61,946 bases of DNA from Propionibacteriales bacterium (lineage in GTDB: Bacteria; Actinomycetota; Actinomycetes; Propionibacteriales; Nocardioidaceae), in the NCBI GenBank assembly GCA_038254525.1, contig JBBSGC010000001.1, forward strand, positions 1 to 61,946. Direction: 5' to 3'. This document shows positions 35,197 to 45,054 of this stretch, one piece after another. Position 1 is the stretch's first letter, and each line of letters starts with the position of its first letter. The translations under genes and the position numbers were made by a program. Below the pieces are notes generated by a model. It was not told the origin of the DNA. It saw only the letters and a list, made by a program, of their open reading frames with translations, and did not search any database.

Positions 35197-35820
35197 TTAA
35201 GGGAGCCCGGCTCCGACCGCCTCGCCGCCTTCGGTGGCCATCGCCGAGGCGACCGTTCGGAGGTTTGTGGCGAGCAGCTCGTCGGGGATCGGCGGCAGCA
35301 GGTCATCCCACACCGCCAACATCGCCCCACGCATCTGCATCATGCCCAGCGGGCGGGCCAGGAACCAGACGTGGAAGTGCGACCCGCCGTCGCCCCAACG
35401 CGCCATGTGCACTCGCCCGATCCCGTCGATCCGACCGATGGCCCGCATCAGGCGTTGCATAACGGGGCCGAACGAGGTGCTGAGCGCCGGCGGCAGGTCT
35501 TCGGCGTCGTAGTGCGCGAGAGGCATCAGCACCGCCACGATCGGCAGGCCGGGGTTGCGTTCGGCGCCTCCGGCTCGCACGTGCCAGTCCGCGTCCCGCC
35601 AGATGACGTCGCGTTCCCGGTCCGCGCAGGCGAGGCAGGGACGACCGCTGGGCTCCCCGGCGCGCGGTGGCTCCGGCACGACCGGGTCGTCCAGCGACTG
35701 CATCGCGTAGTCGCCTTCGAACGGCCACAGCTCGTCATCGTGCAAGGACTGCACGCCGACGCGCTCGCCGTACGGCAGCCGCCGGTGGTAGGCGGAGACG
35801 GTCCGCGGATCAGAGGACAT
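35197..35820 (-). CDS. Conserved hypothetical protein, HIT-like (GGSHFHVWF motif), 207 aa
   Basis: The histidine-triad-like segment GDGGSHFHVWFLARP preceded by a CLAC pair. High GC3. Confidence 0.55.
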   Translation of the reverse strand: MSSDPRTVSAYHRRLPYGERVGVQSLHDDELWPFEGDYAMQSLDDPVVPEPPRAGEPSGRPCLACADRERDVIWRDADWHVRAGGAERNPGLPIVAVLMPLAHYDAEDLPPALSTSFGPVMQRLMRAIGRIDGIGRVHMARWGDGGSHFHVWFLARPLGMMQMRGAMLAVWDDLLPPIPDELLATNLRTVASAMATEGGEAVGAGLP

Positions 35821-36097
35821 CGGGACACCTTTGCGTACTCACCGCGAGTTGTCACCGGCCGGTGCAGAGCTCGCCAGCTGTGGAGTGAACGTTCGGCGAC
35901 CATCGGTGGCCGACGGCAGCGATTGGAGTACGGCTGGTCGCGTCTGGCACAATGACCGGTCGAGCCCGCTGCCACGTCGATCCCTCTCAACCGAGTGCCG
36001 CAGCGGCCCACCGAGTCGGCACCCCGCACCCCACGTGGTTCGCGCCGGCTCACCCGAGAGCATTGATCCAGAGCATTGATGAGGAGACACCACAACC

Positions 36098-36715
36098 GTG
36101 GCCGTCAAGATTCGCCTGAAGCGGATGGGCAAGATCCGCCAGCCCTACTACCGCATCGTCGTGGCCGACTCGCGCACCAAACGTGACGGTCGGGTCATCG
36201 AGGAGATTGGTAAGTACCACCCAAAGCTGGACCCCTCACTGATCGAGGTGGACTCCGAGCGCGCCTTGCACTGGTTGTCGGTCGGCGCGCAGCCCAGCGA
36301 GCCAGTGCGCGCGCTGCTGCGCAAGACCGGCGACTGGCAGAAGTACAAGGGCGAGCCGGCGCCTCCACCGCTGCTCGTGGCCGCTCCCAAGATGAGCAAG
36401 GACGAACGCTTCAACGAGGCGCTCAAGGAGGTCAGCGCCGAGCCGCGTACCGAGGCGGTCACGACCCGGACGCCGCGCAAGCGCACGGAGGCACCGGCCA
36501 CCCCGGCACCCGTCAATGAGACCGCGGCCACTGAGCCGCCGGCTGTCGAGTCGCCGGCTGACGAGTCGCCGGCTCCCGAGCCGCCGGCTCCCGAGCCGTC
36601 GACCGCCCAGCCAGCGGCCGCTGAGGTCCCTTCCGACGAGGCCCCGGCGGCGAAAGGCGCGCCCATCGCCGAGGTTGCGGGCGACACCGAGTCGGCCTCC
36701 GCGACCGAGGTCTGA
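36098..36715 (+). CDS. rpsP: 30S ribosomal protein S16 with an acidic/Pro-rich C-terminal extension, 205 aa
   Basis: (V)[25 protein letters not shown] core. The tail from about residue 110 is low complexity. Confidence 0.93.
   Translation: MAVKIRLKRMGKIRQPYYRIVVADSRTKRDGRVIEEIGKYHPKLDPSLIEVDSERALHWLSVGAQPSEPVRALLRKTGDWQKYKGEPAPPPLLVAAPKMSKDERFNEALKEVSAEPRTEAVTTRTPRKRTEAPATPAPVNETAATEPPAVESPADESPAPEPPAPEPSTAQPAAAEVPSDEAPAAKGAPIAEVAGDTESASATEV
36533..36607. repeat. 15-bp tandem repeat x5 inside the rpsP tail (ExPAx pentapeptides)
   Basis: Units at 36533, 36548, 36563, 36578 and 36593 (GAGCCGCCGGCTCCC-like). Confidence 0.85.
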
Positions 36716-36720
36716 CCGCG

Positions 36721-36963
36721 GTGGTCGCCGAAGTGCTCGAGCACCTCGTCCGCGGAATCGTCGACCACCCCGACGACGTCAGCGTGCGTACCAAGTCGCT
36801 TCGACGTGGTGAGATGCTCGAGGTACGGGTCAACCCCGAGGACCTCGGGAAGGTGATCGGGCGCTCTGGGCGGACCGCAACGGCCATCCGGACAGTCGTC
36901 AACGCACTGGCCGGCAACGGGGGCGCCCGCATCGACTTCGTCGACGTGGCACAGCGACGCTAG
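36721..36963 (+). CDS. KH domain RNA-binding protein (YlqC-like), 80 aa
   Basis: GKVIGRSGRTATAIR GxxG loop. Conserved position between rpsP and rimM. Confidence 0.85.
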   Translation: MVAEVLEHLVRGIVDHPDDVSVRTKSLRRGEMLEVRVNPEDLGKVIGRSGRTATAIRTVVNALAGNGGARIDFVDVAQRR

Positions 36964-36970
36964 CCCGGCC

Positions 36971-37525
36971 ATGGAGGTCGTCGTCGGACGCATCGGCCGG
37001 GCGCACGGGATCCGCGGTGAGGTGGGTGTCGAGATCCGCACCGATGAACCGCAGCGCCGCTTCCGCCCAGGCGCCGTGCTGCGCCCGGACCCGAGCAGTC
37101 GGCCGACGCTCACGGTGCGCGCCAGCCGGCCCCATGGGGAGCGACTGCTGATCGCCTTTCACGAGGTGCCCGACCGCACTTCCGCCGAGACGCTGCGCGG
37201 AGCAATGCTGCTCGTCGATGTCGACGAGGAGGAGTCGCCCGAGGACCCGGAGGAGTTCTACGACCGGCAGCTGGTCGGGCTCGTCGTGCGCCCCTCAGCG
37301 GGCGGCGTCCTCGGCGCACCGTCTGGTGAGGTGACCGAGGTGCTGCACCTGCCGGTCCAGGACGTCCTGCTCGTGCGTACGGTCGACGGGCGCGAGGCCA
37401 TGGTGCCGTTCGTGGCCGCGCTGGTCCCCGAGGTGGACGTAGCGGCCGGCCACGTCGTGGTGCGCGACCTGCCTGGTCTGTTGGAGCCACCGGAGTCCGA
37501 GCGACCGGAGTCCGGACAGCTGTGA
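36971..37525 (+). CDS. rimM: 16S rRNA processing protein RimM
   Basis: [16 protein letters not shown]-terminal motif and a PRC barrel C-terminus. Confidence 0.93.
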   Translation: MEVVVGRIGRAHGIRGEVGVEIRTDEPQRRFRPGAVLRPDPSSRPTLTVRASRPHGERLLIAFHEVPDRTSAETLRGAMLLVDVDEEESPEDPEEFYDRQLVGLVVRPSAGGVLGAPSGEVTEVLHLPVQDVLLVRTVDGREAMVPFVAALVPEVDVAAGHVVVRDLPGLLEPPESERPESGQL

Positions 37526-38217
37526 GGATCGACGTCATCACGATCTTCCCCGACTACCTGGCGCCGTTGGAGCTGTCCCTGCCCGGTCGGGCACGGGGGT
37601 GGGGACTGCTCGAGGTGACGGTGCACGACCTGCGCGCCTGGACCCACGACCGGCACCGGACAGTCGACGACACCCCGTACGGCGGTGGCGCCGGCATGGT
37701 GATGCGGCCCGAGCCCTGGGGTGAGGCGCTGGACGCCCTGGTCCCGTTCGGGGAGACGCCGACGCTGGTTGTGCCCACCCCCGCCGGGCGGACGTTCACC
37801 CAATCCGATGCGCACCGGCTGGCGGCCCAGTCCTGGCTGGTCTTCGCCTGCGGACGCTACGAGGGGATCGATGCCCGGGTCGCCGAACATGCCGCGACCC
37901 GGATGCCGGTCGAGGAGATCTCCATCGGCGACTACGTGCTCAACGGCGGAGAGGTAGCGGCGCTGGTCGTCATCGAGGCCGTGGTGAGACTCCTGCCCGG
38001 CTTTCTCGGGAACCCTGAGTCACTGACCGAGGAGTCCTACGCCGAAGGTGCCGACGGGGGGCTGCTGGAGTACCCGGTCTACACCAAGCCGGCGTCGTGG
38101 CGTGGTCTGGACGTCCCGGCGGTGCTGCTGTCGGGCCATCATGGCAACGTCGCGCGGTGGCGCCGGGAGGCCGCGCTTCGCCGGACCCGGCAGCAGCGCC
38201 CCGACCTGCTCGGGTGA
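37522..38217 (+). CDS. trmD: tRNA (guanine37-N1)-methyltransferase
   Basis: (V)[11 protein letters not shown] and [13 protein letters not shown] motifs. GTGA overlap with rimM. Confidence 0.95.
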   Translation: MRIDVITIFPDYLAPLELSLPGRARGWGLLEVTVHDLRAWTHDRHRTVDDTPYGGGAGMVMRPEPWGEALDALVPFGETPTLVVPTPAGRTFTQSDAHRLAAQSWLVFACGRYEGIDARVAEHAATRMPVEEISIGDYVLNGGEVAALVVIEAVVRLLPGFLGNPESLTEESYAEGADGGLLEYPVYTKPASWRGLDVPAVLLSGHHGNVARWRREAALRRTRQQRPDLLG

Positions 38218-38233
38218 CCGCACGCCCGGCCTG

Positions 38234-38330
38234 CTGACCTGGCCCGCTGACCTGGCCCGCTGACCTGGCCCGCTGACCTGGCCCGCTGGCCTGGGCTGGT
38301 GACCCTGACTTGGTGACCCTGACCTGGTGG
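38234..38330. repeat. Two adjacent tandem arrays: 13-bp x5 (CTGACCTGGCCCG), then 14-bp x2 plus a partial third unit (TGGTGACCCTGAC)
   Basis: 13-nt units start at 38234, 38247, 38260, 38273 and 38286. The second array runs from about 38297 to 38330, in the trmD-rplS spacer. Confidence 0.9.
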
Positions 38331-38509
38331 AGCCGCGCGATTTCTCGCCGGTCAGGCCGCTGTGGCAGACTGACCCGCTGGCGCTGTGTGCCCGGCTGCC
38401 TTCGTGCCGCCACCGTTCCCTGCCGCAGGGGAGGAACGCATACGCGCCGCCCCGTTCCGTAACCCCCGCACCGTGGGTGACCTGTGGCACCGGCGAGGAA
38501 GAGACGACC

Positions 38510-38872
38510 ATGGCCAACATCATCGATGACCTCGCCGCGCAGACCGCGCGGGACGACCTCCCGACCTTCCGCGCAGGCGACACGCTGAAGGTGTTCGTGC
38601 GCGTGATCGAGGGCAACCGCTCGCGCGTACAGCTGTTCCAGGGCGTCTGCATCCGGGTCCAAGGATCAGGCATCGGTCGGACCTTCACCGTCCGGAAGGT
38701 GTCCTTCGGCGTCGGTGTGGAGCGCACGTTCCCGCTCCACACCCCGATCATCGACAGGGTGGAGGTCGCAACCCGCGGGGATGTGCGCCGGGCGAAGCTC
38801 TACTACCTGCGCAACCTGCGGGGGAAAGCCGCCAAGATCAAGGAGAAGCGCGAGACCATCCCGGCCAAGTGA
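38510..38872 (+). CDS. rplS: 50S ribosomal protein L19, 120 aa
   Basis: [29 protein letters not shown] core. ATG preceded by GAGGAAGAG. Confidence 0.95.
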   Translation: MANIIDDLAAQTARDDLPTFRAGDTLKVFVRVIEGNRSRVQLFQGVCIRVQGSGIGRTFTVRKVSFGVGVERTFPLHTPIIDRVEVATRGDVRRAKLYYLRNLRGKAAKIKEKRETIPAK

Positions 38873-38895
38873 GCCGTGCGGGTTAGGCTCGCCGG

Positions 38896-39789
38896 GTGAA
38901 GAGCGACGACGAGATCGACCGCGGTGCGGGCACTGGAGCCGCACCGCGGTCCTCTGTTCCGGCGTCTTCTGTTCCGGCGTCTTCTGTTCCGGCGTCGTCT
39001 GTTCCGGGGTCGTCTGTTCCGGGGATGGATGCCGCGAGTGCTCCGGCTCCCGCGCCAGCGGACCTCTCGGCATCAGCCGGAGGGTCGGCGGCCACACCTC
39101 CCGGTGCCACCCGCAGGGTGGCGAAGCGCGGCAAGAAACCGCTGCCGGCGTGGCAGGAGCTCATCCTGCTGCTGGTGACCGCGTTCGTACTCGCGCTGGT
39201 CGTCAAGACCTTCTTCCTCCAGGCCTTCTACATCCCGTCGAAGTCCATGGAGCCGACGCTGATGGTCAACGACAAGATCCTCGTCGAGAAGGTGTCCTAC
39301 TGGAACGGTGACATCCATCGCGGTGACATCGTCGTCTTCGGCGACCCCGGTGGCTGGCTGACCGCACAGGAGCAGTCGCCGCCGCACAACGGGGTGCAGC
39401 GTGCGCTGGAAGCCATCGGCCTGTACCCGAGCGGTGGTCACCTGGTGAAGCGGGTGATCGGCATCGGCGGCGACGAGGTCCGCTGCTGCGACGCGAAGGG
39501 CCGGGTCGTCGTCAACGGCGTACACCTCGACGAGTCCTACCTGCCGAAGACCGCAGCCAACCAGGGGCACTACGACGTCACGGTGCCGGACGGGTCCCTG
39601 TGGGTGCTGGGTGACAACCGCAGCGACTCCGAGGACTCGCACGCACACACCGGCGGTCCCGGTGGTGGGTTCGTCCCTGCCGACGACGTGGTCGGCAAGG
39701 TGTGGGCGATCGTCTGGCCGGCCTCTCGGATGCAGCTCATCGAGCGACCCGCCGTCTACAACGACCCCGCGCTCGACGGCGGTTCGTAG
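38896..39789 (+). CDS. lepB: Signal peptidase I (copy 1), 297 aa
   Basis: SKSMEPTL (catalytic Ser), VKRVIG (Lys) and GDNRSDSEDSH boxes, with one TM helix. The start is uncertain (GTG 38896 or ATG 39025). Confidence 0.85.
   Translation: MKSDDEIDRGAGTGAAPRSSVPASSVPASSVPASSVPGSSVPGMDAASAPAPAPADLSASAGGSAATPPGATRRVAKRGKKPLPAWQELILLLVTAFVLALVVKTFFLQAFYIPSKSMEPTLMVNDKILVEKVSYWNGDIHRGDIVVFGDPGGWLTAQEQSPPHNGVQRALEAIGLYPSGGHLVKRVIGIGGDEVRCCDAKGRVVVNGVHLDESYLPKTAANQGHYDVTVPDGSLWVLGDNRSDSEDSHAHTGGPGGGFVPADDVVGKVWAIVWPASRMQLIERPAVYNDPALDGGS
38950..39024. repeat. 15-bp tandem repeat x5 (TCTTCTGTTCCGGCG) encoding SSVPA/SSVPG at the LepB N-terminus
   Basis: Units at 38950, 38965, 38980, 38995 and 39010. 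Confidence 0.9.
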
Positions 39790-40661
39790 TGGCGCGGCGG
39801 AGCAGAGGCGCCGCCGACGAGACCGAGGGTCCGAAGGGCCACCCTGCCCGACCGGCTCCTGAGTACGCCGCGGGTGTCGAACCTGCCGACTCCGACGGCG
39901 TGGAACGCCCGACCGCCGGACCGGGCAGCTGGTTCGACGACCTCGGCGCCGAGCCCCGGCCCGGGGCCAGCCGCTTCGTGCGCGACGGGGCGGTGATCAT
40001 CGCCATAGCGCTGGTCGCGTCGGCACTCCTGCGCGGCTTCGTGATCCAGGCATTCACGGTGCCCACCGGGTCGATGCGCGACACCATCTCGCTCAACCAG
40101 CGGATCGCGGTCGAGAAGTTCGGCAGCGTGCAGCGGGGTCAGGTGGTCGTGTTCGAGGATCCCGGCGACTGGATCACCCCAGGGGAGCAGGACGCAGGGC
40201 AGCCCGGCGCCGCTCGGCGGGCCCTGGAGTGGATGGGACTCCTCCCATCGTCGGCCGACAACCACCTGGTCAAGCGCGTCATCGGGATGCCCGGCGACGA
40301 GGTGGCCTGCTGCGACCGTCGCGGTCGCGTCACGGTCAACGGGTCTCCGCTGGACGAGTCGGCCTACCTGTTCCCCGGTGACCGCCCGTCGGAGTACCGC
40401 TTCGATGTGGTCGTGCCGGCCGGGACCATGTGGGTGATGGGCGATCACCGTTCTCGTTCCGGTGACTCCCGCTGCCACCTGTCCGACGACACCGCCTTCG
40501 TGCCGCTCGACCTCGTCACCGGCCGCGTGGTGGCCGTCGTCTGGCCGCTTGACCAGATGCACGCGCTCGGCATCCCGGACACCTTCGACGCCGTGCCCCG
40601 CGCGGGTCCCGCGCCGACCAAGCCGGTGGTCAAGACGATCAGCGACTGCGGGACCGGGTGA
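39789..40661 (+). CDS. lepB: Signal peptidase I (copy 2), 290 aa
   Basis: TGSMRDT, VKRVIG and GDHRSRSGDSR boxes. The GTG start shares 1 nt with the TAG stop of copy 1. Confidence 0.8.
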   Translation: MARRSRGAADETEGPKGHPARPAPEYAAGVEPADSDGVERPTAGPGSWFDDLGAEPRPGASRFVRDGAVIIAIALVASALLRGFVIQAFTVPTGSMRDTISLNQRIAVEKFGSVQRGQVVVFEDPGDWITPGEQDAGQPGAARRALEWMGLLPSSADNHLVKRVIGMPGDEVACCDRRGRVTVNGSPLDESAYLFPGDRPSEYRFDVVVPAGTMWVMGDHRSRSGDSRCHLSDDTAFVPLDLVTGRVVAVVWPLDQMHALGIPDTFDAVPRAGPAPTKPVVKTISDCGTG

Positions 40662-40751
40662 CCGGCGCGCAAGGATAGCCAGCTCGCGCCACGTGTCCCA
40701 AGCGAGCGACGGGCCGTCGATCGGGCGTGCGGTCAACTACAGTCGGGTGCC

Positions 40752-41420
40752 ATGACGGTGCTGGCCCGCGGTTCGACCGTCCGCCGCGACGCCGGGCTCT
40801 ACGGCTACGAGCGAGCGCTGTCCCGCGTCGGGCTGTCGCCGGTGGCCGGTGTCGACGAGGCCGGTCGAGGTGCCTGCGCCGGTCCGCTGGTGGCGGCCGC
40901 GACCGTGCTGCCGGAGGGTCGGCGCGGTGAGATCGCCGGGCTGGCCGACTCCAAGCTGCTCAGCCAGCGCCGCCGGGAGGTCTGCTACGCCGCGATCGTC
41001 GAGCGGGCGCTCGCCTGGTCGGTGGTGGTCATCCCCGCGAGCGACTGCGACCGGCTCGGTATGCACGTGGCCAACGTCGAGGCGCTACGCAGGGCGCTGG
41101 CCCGGCTGTCGACCCGGCCGTCCTACGTGCTGACCGACGGGTTCGGCGTCGACGGGCTGGATGTCCCCGGCTTGGCCGTCTGGAAGGGTGACCGGGTCTC
41201 GGCCACCATCGCGGCTGCCTCGATCATCGCGAAGGTCACCCGGGACGCGATGATGGTCGAGCTGCACGACTCGTACCCGCTCTATGACTTCGCCACCCAC
41301 AAGGGCTACTGCACCCGCGAGCACGATGATGCGCTGCACCGCCACGGGCCGTGCCCGGAGCACCGGCGGCGCTTCGTCAACGTCCGGTCGGCGTCGCCCG
41401 AGGAGGGAGCTGGCCGATGA
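40752..41420 (+). CDS. rnhB: Ribonuclease HII
   Basis: AGVDEAGRGACAGPL and DSKLLS motifs. Confidence 0.93.
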   Translation: MTVLARGSTVRRDAGLYGYERALSRVGLSPVAGVDEAGRGACAGPLVAAATVLPEGRRGEIAGLADSKLLSQRRREVCYAAIVERALAWSVVVIPASDCDRLGMHVANVEALRRALARLSTRPSYVLTDGFGVDGLDVPGLAVWKGDRVSATIAAASIIAKVTRDAMMVELHDSYPLYDFATHKGYCTREHDDALHRHGPCPEHRRRFVNVRSASPEEGAGR

Positions 41421-41731
41421 GTGCTGAGGACCTGGAGAAGTACGAGGCGGAGATGGAGCTCGCGATGTACCGCGAGTACCGCGACGTCGTCGGCATCTTC
41501 AAGTACGTCGTGGAGACCGACCGGCGCTTCTACCTGTGCAACGCCGTGGACGTGAAGGTCCGCGCGGAGAGCGGCGACGCCTACTTCGAGGTCACGATGA
41601 ACGACGCGTGGGTCTGGGACATGTACCGTCCGGCGCGTTTCGCGAAGAACGTCAAGGTGCTGACCTTCAAGGACGTCAACGTCGAGGAGCTCGCCCAGGC
41701 CGACCTGGAGCTCCCGAAGCCCTTGAGCTGA
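41417..41731 (+). CDS. DUF2469 domain protein, 104 aa
   Basis: [38 protein letters not shown] matches the DUF2469 signature as I recall it. ATGA overlap with rnhB. Confidence 0.8.
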   Translation: MSAEDLEKYEAEMELAMYREYRDVVGIFKYVVETDRRFYLCNAVDVKVRAESGDAYFEVTMNDAWVWDMYRPARFAKNVKVLTFKDVNVEELAQADLELPKPLS

Positions 41732-41858
41732 CCGACCGGGCGCTGCCCGATGGGGCTGCCCGATGGGGCCGCGCGACGCTGCGGCGTCATCCACAGATTC
41801 ATCTCCACAACCACCATCCGTCCGTCCGGCGCCAATGCTGGAGGTGGGAGGTGGTGCC

Positions 41859-42227
41859 ATGGCGGCGACGGCGCAGGCACGCATCGCGGTTGGCAGGTTG
41901 GGCGAGGACGTGGCAGCCCGCTACCTGGTCGAAGCGGGCATGGTGATCCTCGACCGCAACTGGCGATGCGGGATCGGCGAGATCGACATCGTCGCGCGGA
42001 GCAGTGATGCGCTGGTGGTGGTCGAGGTCAAGACCCGGACGACCGAGATGTTCGGCTCGCCGGTCGAGGGGGTGACGCCGCGCAAGGCGGCGCGGCTACG
42101 CCGGCTCACGGCATCCTGGCTGGCTGAGCATCCGATCCGGCCGCCGCAGGTGCGCATCGATGTCGTGGGGGTGCTCATCCCACATCGTGGGGCGCCCGTG
42201 GTCGACCATCGCAGCGGCGTCGCCTGA
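41859..42227 (+). CDS. yraN: YraN family (UPF0102) endonuclease-like protein, 122 aa
   Basis: GEDVAARYL...[13 protein letters not shown]...VVVEVKTR pattern. Confidence 0.85.
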   Translation: MAATAQARIAVGRLGEDVAARYLVEAGMVILDRNWRCGIGEIDIVARSSDALVVVEVKTRTTEMFGSPVEGVTPRKAARLRRLTASWLAEHPIRPPQVRIDVVGVLIPHRGAPVVDHRSGVA

Positions 42228-43858
42228 TGGCGCTGGCCCGCACGCGGTCGGTCGCCCTCAACGGCGTGCGTGGGCGCGTGATCGAGGTGGAGGCCCATCT
42301 AGGCCCGGGGCTGCCGCGCACGATCCTGGTCGGCCTGCCCGACGCGTCTTTGTCGGAGGCGCGCGACCGTTGCCGGGCGGCGGTGATCAACTCCGGCGCG
42401 TCCTGGCCCAATCGGCACCTGACGGTCGGGTTGTCGCCGGCCTCGGTCCCCAAGAGCGGGACGAGCTATGACCTGAGCATCGCCCTGGTGACCCTCGCCG
42501 CAGCCGGGGTCGTGCCGGCGGCTCCGCTGGAGGATGCGGTGCTGCTCGGCGAGCTGGCGCTCGACGGCCGGCTGCGCGCCGTGGCCGGCGTGCTGCCCGC
42601 CACGCTGGCGGCCGCGGCCGCCGGCTACACGCGGCTGCTCGTGCCCGAGGCCAACGCTGCAGAGGCCGCTGTCGTCGACGGCGTGACGGTGGTCCCGGTG
42701 CGCTCCCTCGGACATGCGGTAGCGCTCCTGACCGGTGCCGATCCGCCAGATGACCCGCCGGTCGCCCCGCTGGCGCGAAGTGTCGACACCTGGAGCGGTT
42801 CCCAGCGGGTGCAAGGCCTCGATCTGAGCGCGGTGCGGGGGCAGGCGGAAGCGCGGCGCGGCGTGGAGGTGGCGGCCGCGGGAGGGCATCACCTGTTCCT
42901 TCAGGGGCCGCCCGGCGCGGGCAAGACCATGCTGGCCGAACGGCTGCCGGGCCTGCTCCCCGACCTCGGCATGGCGGACTCACTCGAAGTGAGCGCCGTG
43001 CACTCGGTGGCCGGAGGGCTGGCGCCTGAGCTCCCGCTGATCGTGCGCCCGCCCTTCCTCGAGCCGCACCACACCGCCAGTGCACCGTCCATCGTCGGCG
43101 GTGGTGGTCGGGTGCTCCGGCCGGGGGCGATGTCTTTGGCGCATCGGGGCGTGCTGTTCATGGATGAGGCGCCGGAGTTCGCCGCCGGCATCCTGGAGTC
43201 TCTCCGGCAGCCGTTGGAGAGCGGAGAGATCTGCATCGGGCGTTCCGGGCAGACGACCACCTTCCCGGCGAGGTTCCAGCTGGTGCTCGCGGCCAACCCG
43301 TGCCCGTGCGGGTTCGACTGGGCGCGCAGCAACCGCTGCGAGTGCCCGCCGGCTGCGAAGCGCCGCTACCGGGACCGGATCTCGGGTCCGGTCCGCGACC
43401 GGATCGACATCTGTCTGAAGGTTGGCCCGGTGCGTCGACACGAGCTGCGCGACGACCTCGCCGTGGTCGAGTCCAGCGCGGTGGTCCGGCAACGGGTCGA
43501 GGCGGCACGAAGCCGCCAGCTGGCCCGTTACGTCGGCACCCCGTGGCGGTGCAACGGTGACGTGCCCGGCCCGGAGATGCGAACCCGATGGCCAGTGCGG
43601 ACCCGGGTCGTCAGCCTGCTTGAGGAGCATTCCGCCGAGGGTCGGATCTCGGCGCGTGGGGTCGACCGGATTATCCGGTTGGCCTGGACGTTGGCCGATC
43701 TGCACGAACACCCGCGGCCGGACGACTCCGACGTCGAGCAGGCGCTGCTGCTCCGCGACACCGACTCCGCCGTGCTGGCCGGTGGCGGACGACGCCGGGA
43801 CGCCGCGGCGCATCTTCCGCTGAGGCCACGCGCAGAGGACTCCGAGGTCGTCGCATGA
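42227..43858 (+). CDS. comM: YifB/ComM family Mg-chelatase-like AAA+ ATPase
   Basis: N-terminal Lon-like domain (LPDASLSEARDR) and Walker A GPPGAGKTMLA. The ATG shares 1 nt with the yraN stop. Confidence 0.9.
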   Translation: MALARTRSVALNGVRGRVIEVEAHLGPGLPRTILVGLPDASLSEARDRCRAAVINSGASWPNRHLTVGLSPASVPKSGTSYDLSIALVTLAAAGVVPAAPLEDAVLLGELALDGRLRAVAGVLPATLAAAAAGYTRLLVPEANAAEAAVVDGVTVVPVRSLGHAVALLTGADPPDDPPVAPLARSVDTWSGSQRVQGLDLSAVRGQAEARRGVEVAAAGGHHLFLQGPPGAGKTMLAERLPGLLPDLGMADSLEVSAVHSVAGGLAPELPLIVRPPFLEPHHTASAPSIVGGGGRVLRPGAMSLAHRGVLFMDEAPEFAAGILESLRQPLESGEICIGRSGQTTTFPARFQLVLAANPCPCGFDWARSNRCECPPAAKRRYRDRISGPVRDRIDICLKVGPVRRHELRDDLAVVESSAVVRQRVEAARSRQLARYVGTPWRCNGDVPGPEMRTRWPVRTRVVSLLEEHSAEGRISARGVDRIIRLAWTLADLHEHPRPDDSDVEQALLLRDTDSAVLAGGGRRRDAAAHLPLRPRAEDSEVVA

Positions 43859-45054
43859 ATGACCCCGGCGTGCTACCACTCAGCGACGGATGCCTGGACG
43901 ACGAGCGACTGGCCCGCCTCGAGCTCTCCTTGATGGCGGAGCCGGGGAGCAGCTCAGTCTTGGCCCTGCTCGTCGAGGAGCTCGGTGGGCGCGAGACGGT
44001 GGAGCGGATCCGGCACCGCGACGGCTCGCTGGTCCGGGTGCCGCCGGCCTGGCCGGCTGGTCTCACCCCGGAGCTGACGGCGCGCGCCGCTGCGCTGCTG
44101 TCGACCCAGCACCCCGGTGCTCCGAGGTGGATGTGCCCAGGTGACGCCGAGTGGCCGCAGCGGCTCACCGATCTCGCTCATGCCGAGGACCTGCAAGGCC
44201 TGGGCGGACCGCCGCTGGGTCTGTGGGTTCGTGGCCAAGCCGGGCTCAGTGGCGTCGTGGACAGTGCAGTAGCGGTGGTGGGCGCCCGAGCCGCCACCTC
44301 CTATGGCATCCAGGTGGCCGGCGACGTGGCCGCCGACTGTGCGGCGCGAGACATCACCGTCGTGTCGGGTGCCGCATTCGGCATCGACTCAGCGGCGCAC
44401 CGCGGCGCGCTCGCCATGCGCGGGACCACGGTGGCCGTGCTCGCCTGCGGAGCCGATGTCGCCTACCCGAGGGCGCATACCGCGCTGATCGACCGGATCG
44501 CCGACGAGGGGCTGGTGGTCTCCGAGCTGGCGCCCGGCAGTACTCCGACCAAGCTGCGCTTCCTTGCCCGCAACCGGCTGATCGCGGCGCTGTCGTGCGG
44601 AGCGGTGGTTGTGGAGGCAGCTCGGCGCAGCGGGTCGCTCAACACCCTCAACTGGTCCAGCCGGCTCGGACGGGTCACGATGGGCGTACCCGGTCCCGTC
44701 ACCTCGTCGAGCTCCGCGGGGGTGCACGCACTGATTCGCGACGGCGGTGCGCTGCTGGTGACCGGCGGTGACGAGGTGGCCGAGGCGGTCGCGCCCATGG
44801 GCAGCCAGATCCTCGCCGACGTGCGCGGTGAGCATCGGGCAGGCGACGACCTGGACCCAACCACGCGAGACGTGCTCGAGGCCGTGCCGGCGCGCGGCGC
44901 CCGCGGCATCGCCTCAATCGCGGCGTCGGCCGGGGCCGACATCGACACCGCCATGGCCGTGCTGGGACGGCTCCTGCTCGGCGGGGTGGTCGAGCGCACC
45001 GGCGACGGTTGGCGGCTCACCCGGCAAGCGGCCGCGGCCATGAAGACCCGGTGA
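43855..45054 (+). CDS. dprA: DNA-processing protein DprA
   Basis: VVSGAAFGIDSAAHRGAL and FLARNRLIAAL Rossmann-like motifs. ATGA overlap with comM. Confidence 0.9.
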   Translation: MNDPGVLPLSDGCLDDERLARLELSLMAEPGSSSVLALLVEELGGRETVERIRHRDGSLVRVPPAWPAGLTPELTARAAALLSTQHPGAPRWMCPGDAEWPQRLTDLAHAEDLQGLGGPPLGLWVRGQAGLSGVVDSAVAVVGARAATSYGIQVAGDVAADCAARDITVVSGAAFGIDSAAHRGALAMRGTTVAVLACGADVAYPRAHTALIDRIADEGLVVSELAPGSTPTKLRFLARNRLIAALSCGAVVVEAARRSGSLNTLNWSSRLGRVTMGVPGPVTSSSSAGVHALIRDGGALLVTGGDEVAEAVAPMGSQILADVRGEHRAGDDLDPTTRDVLEAVPARGARGIASIAASAGADIDTAMAVLGRLLLGGVVERTGDGWRLTRQAAAAMKTR

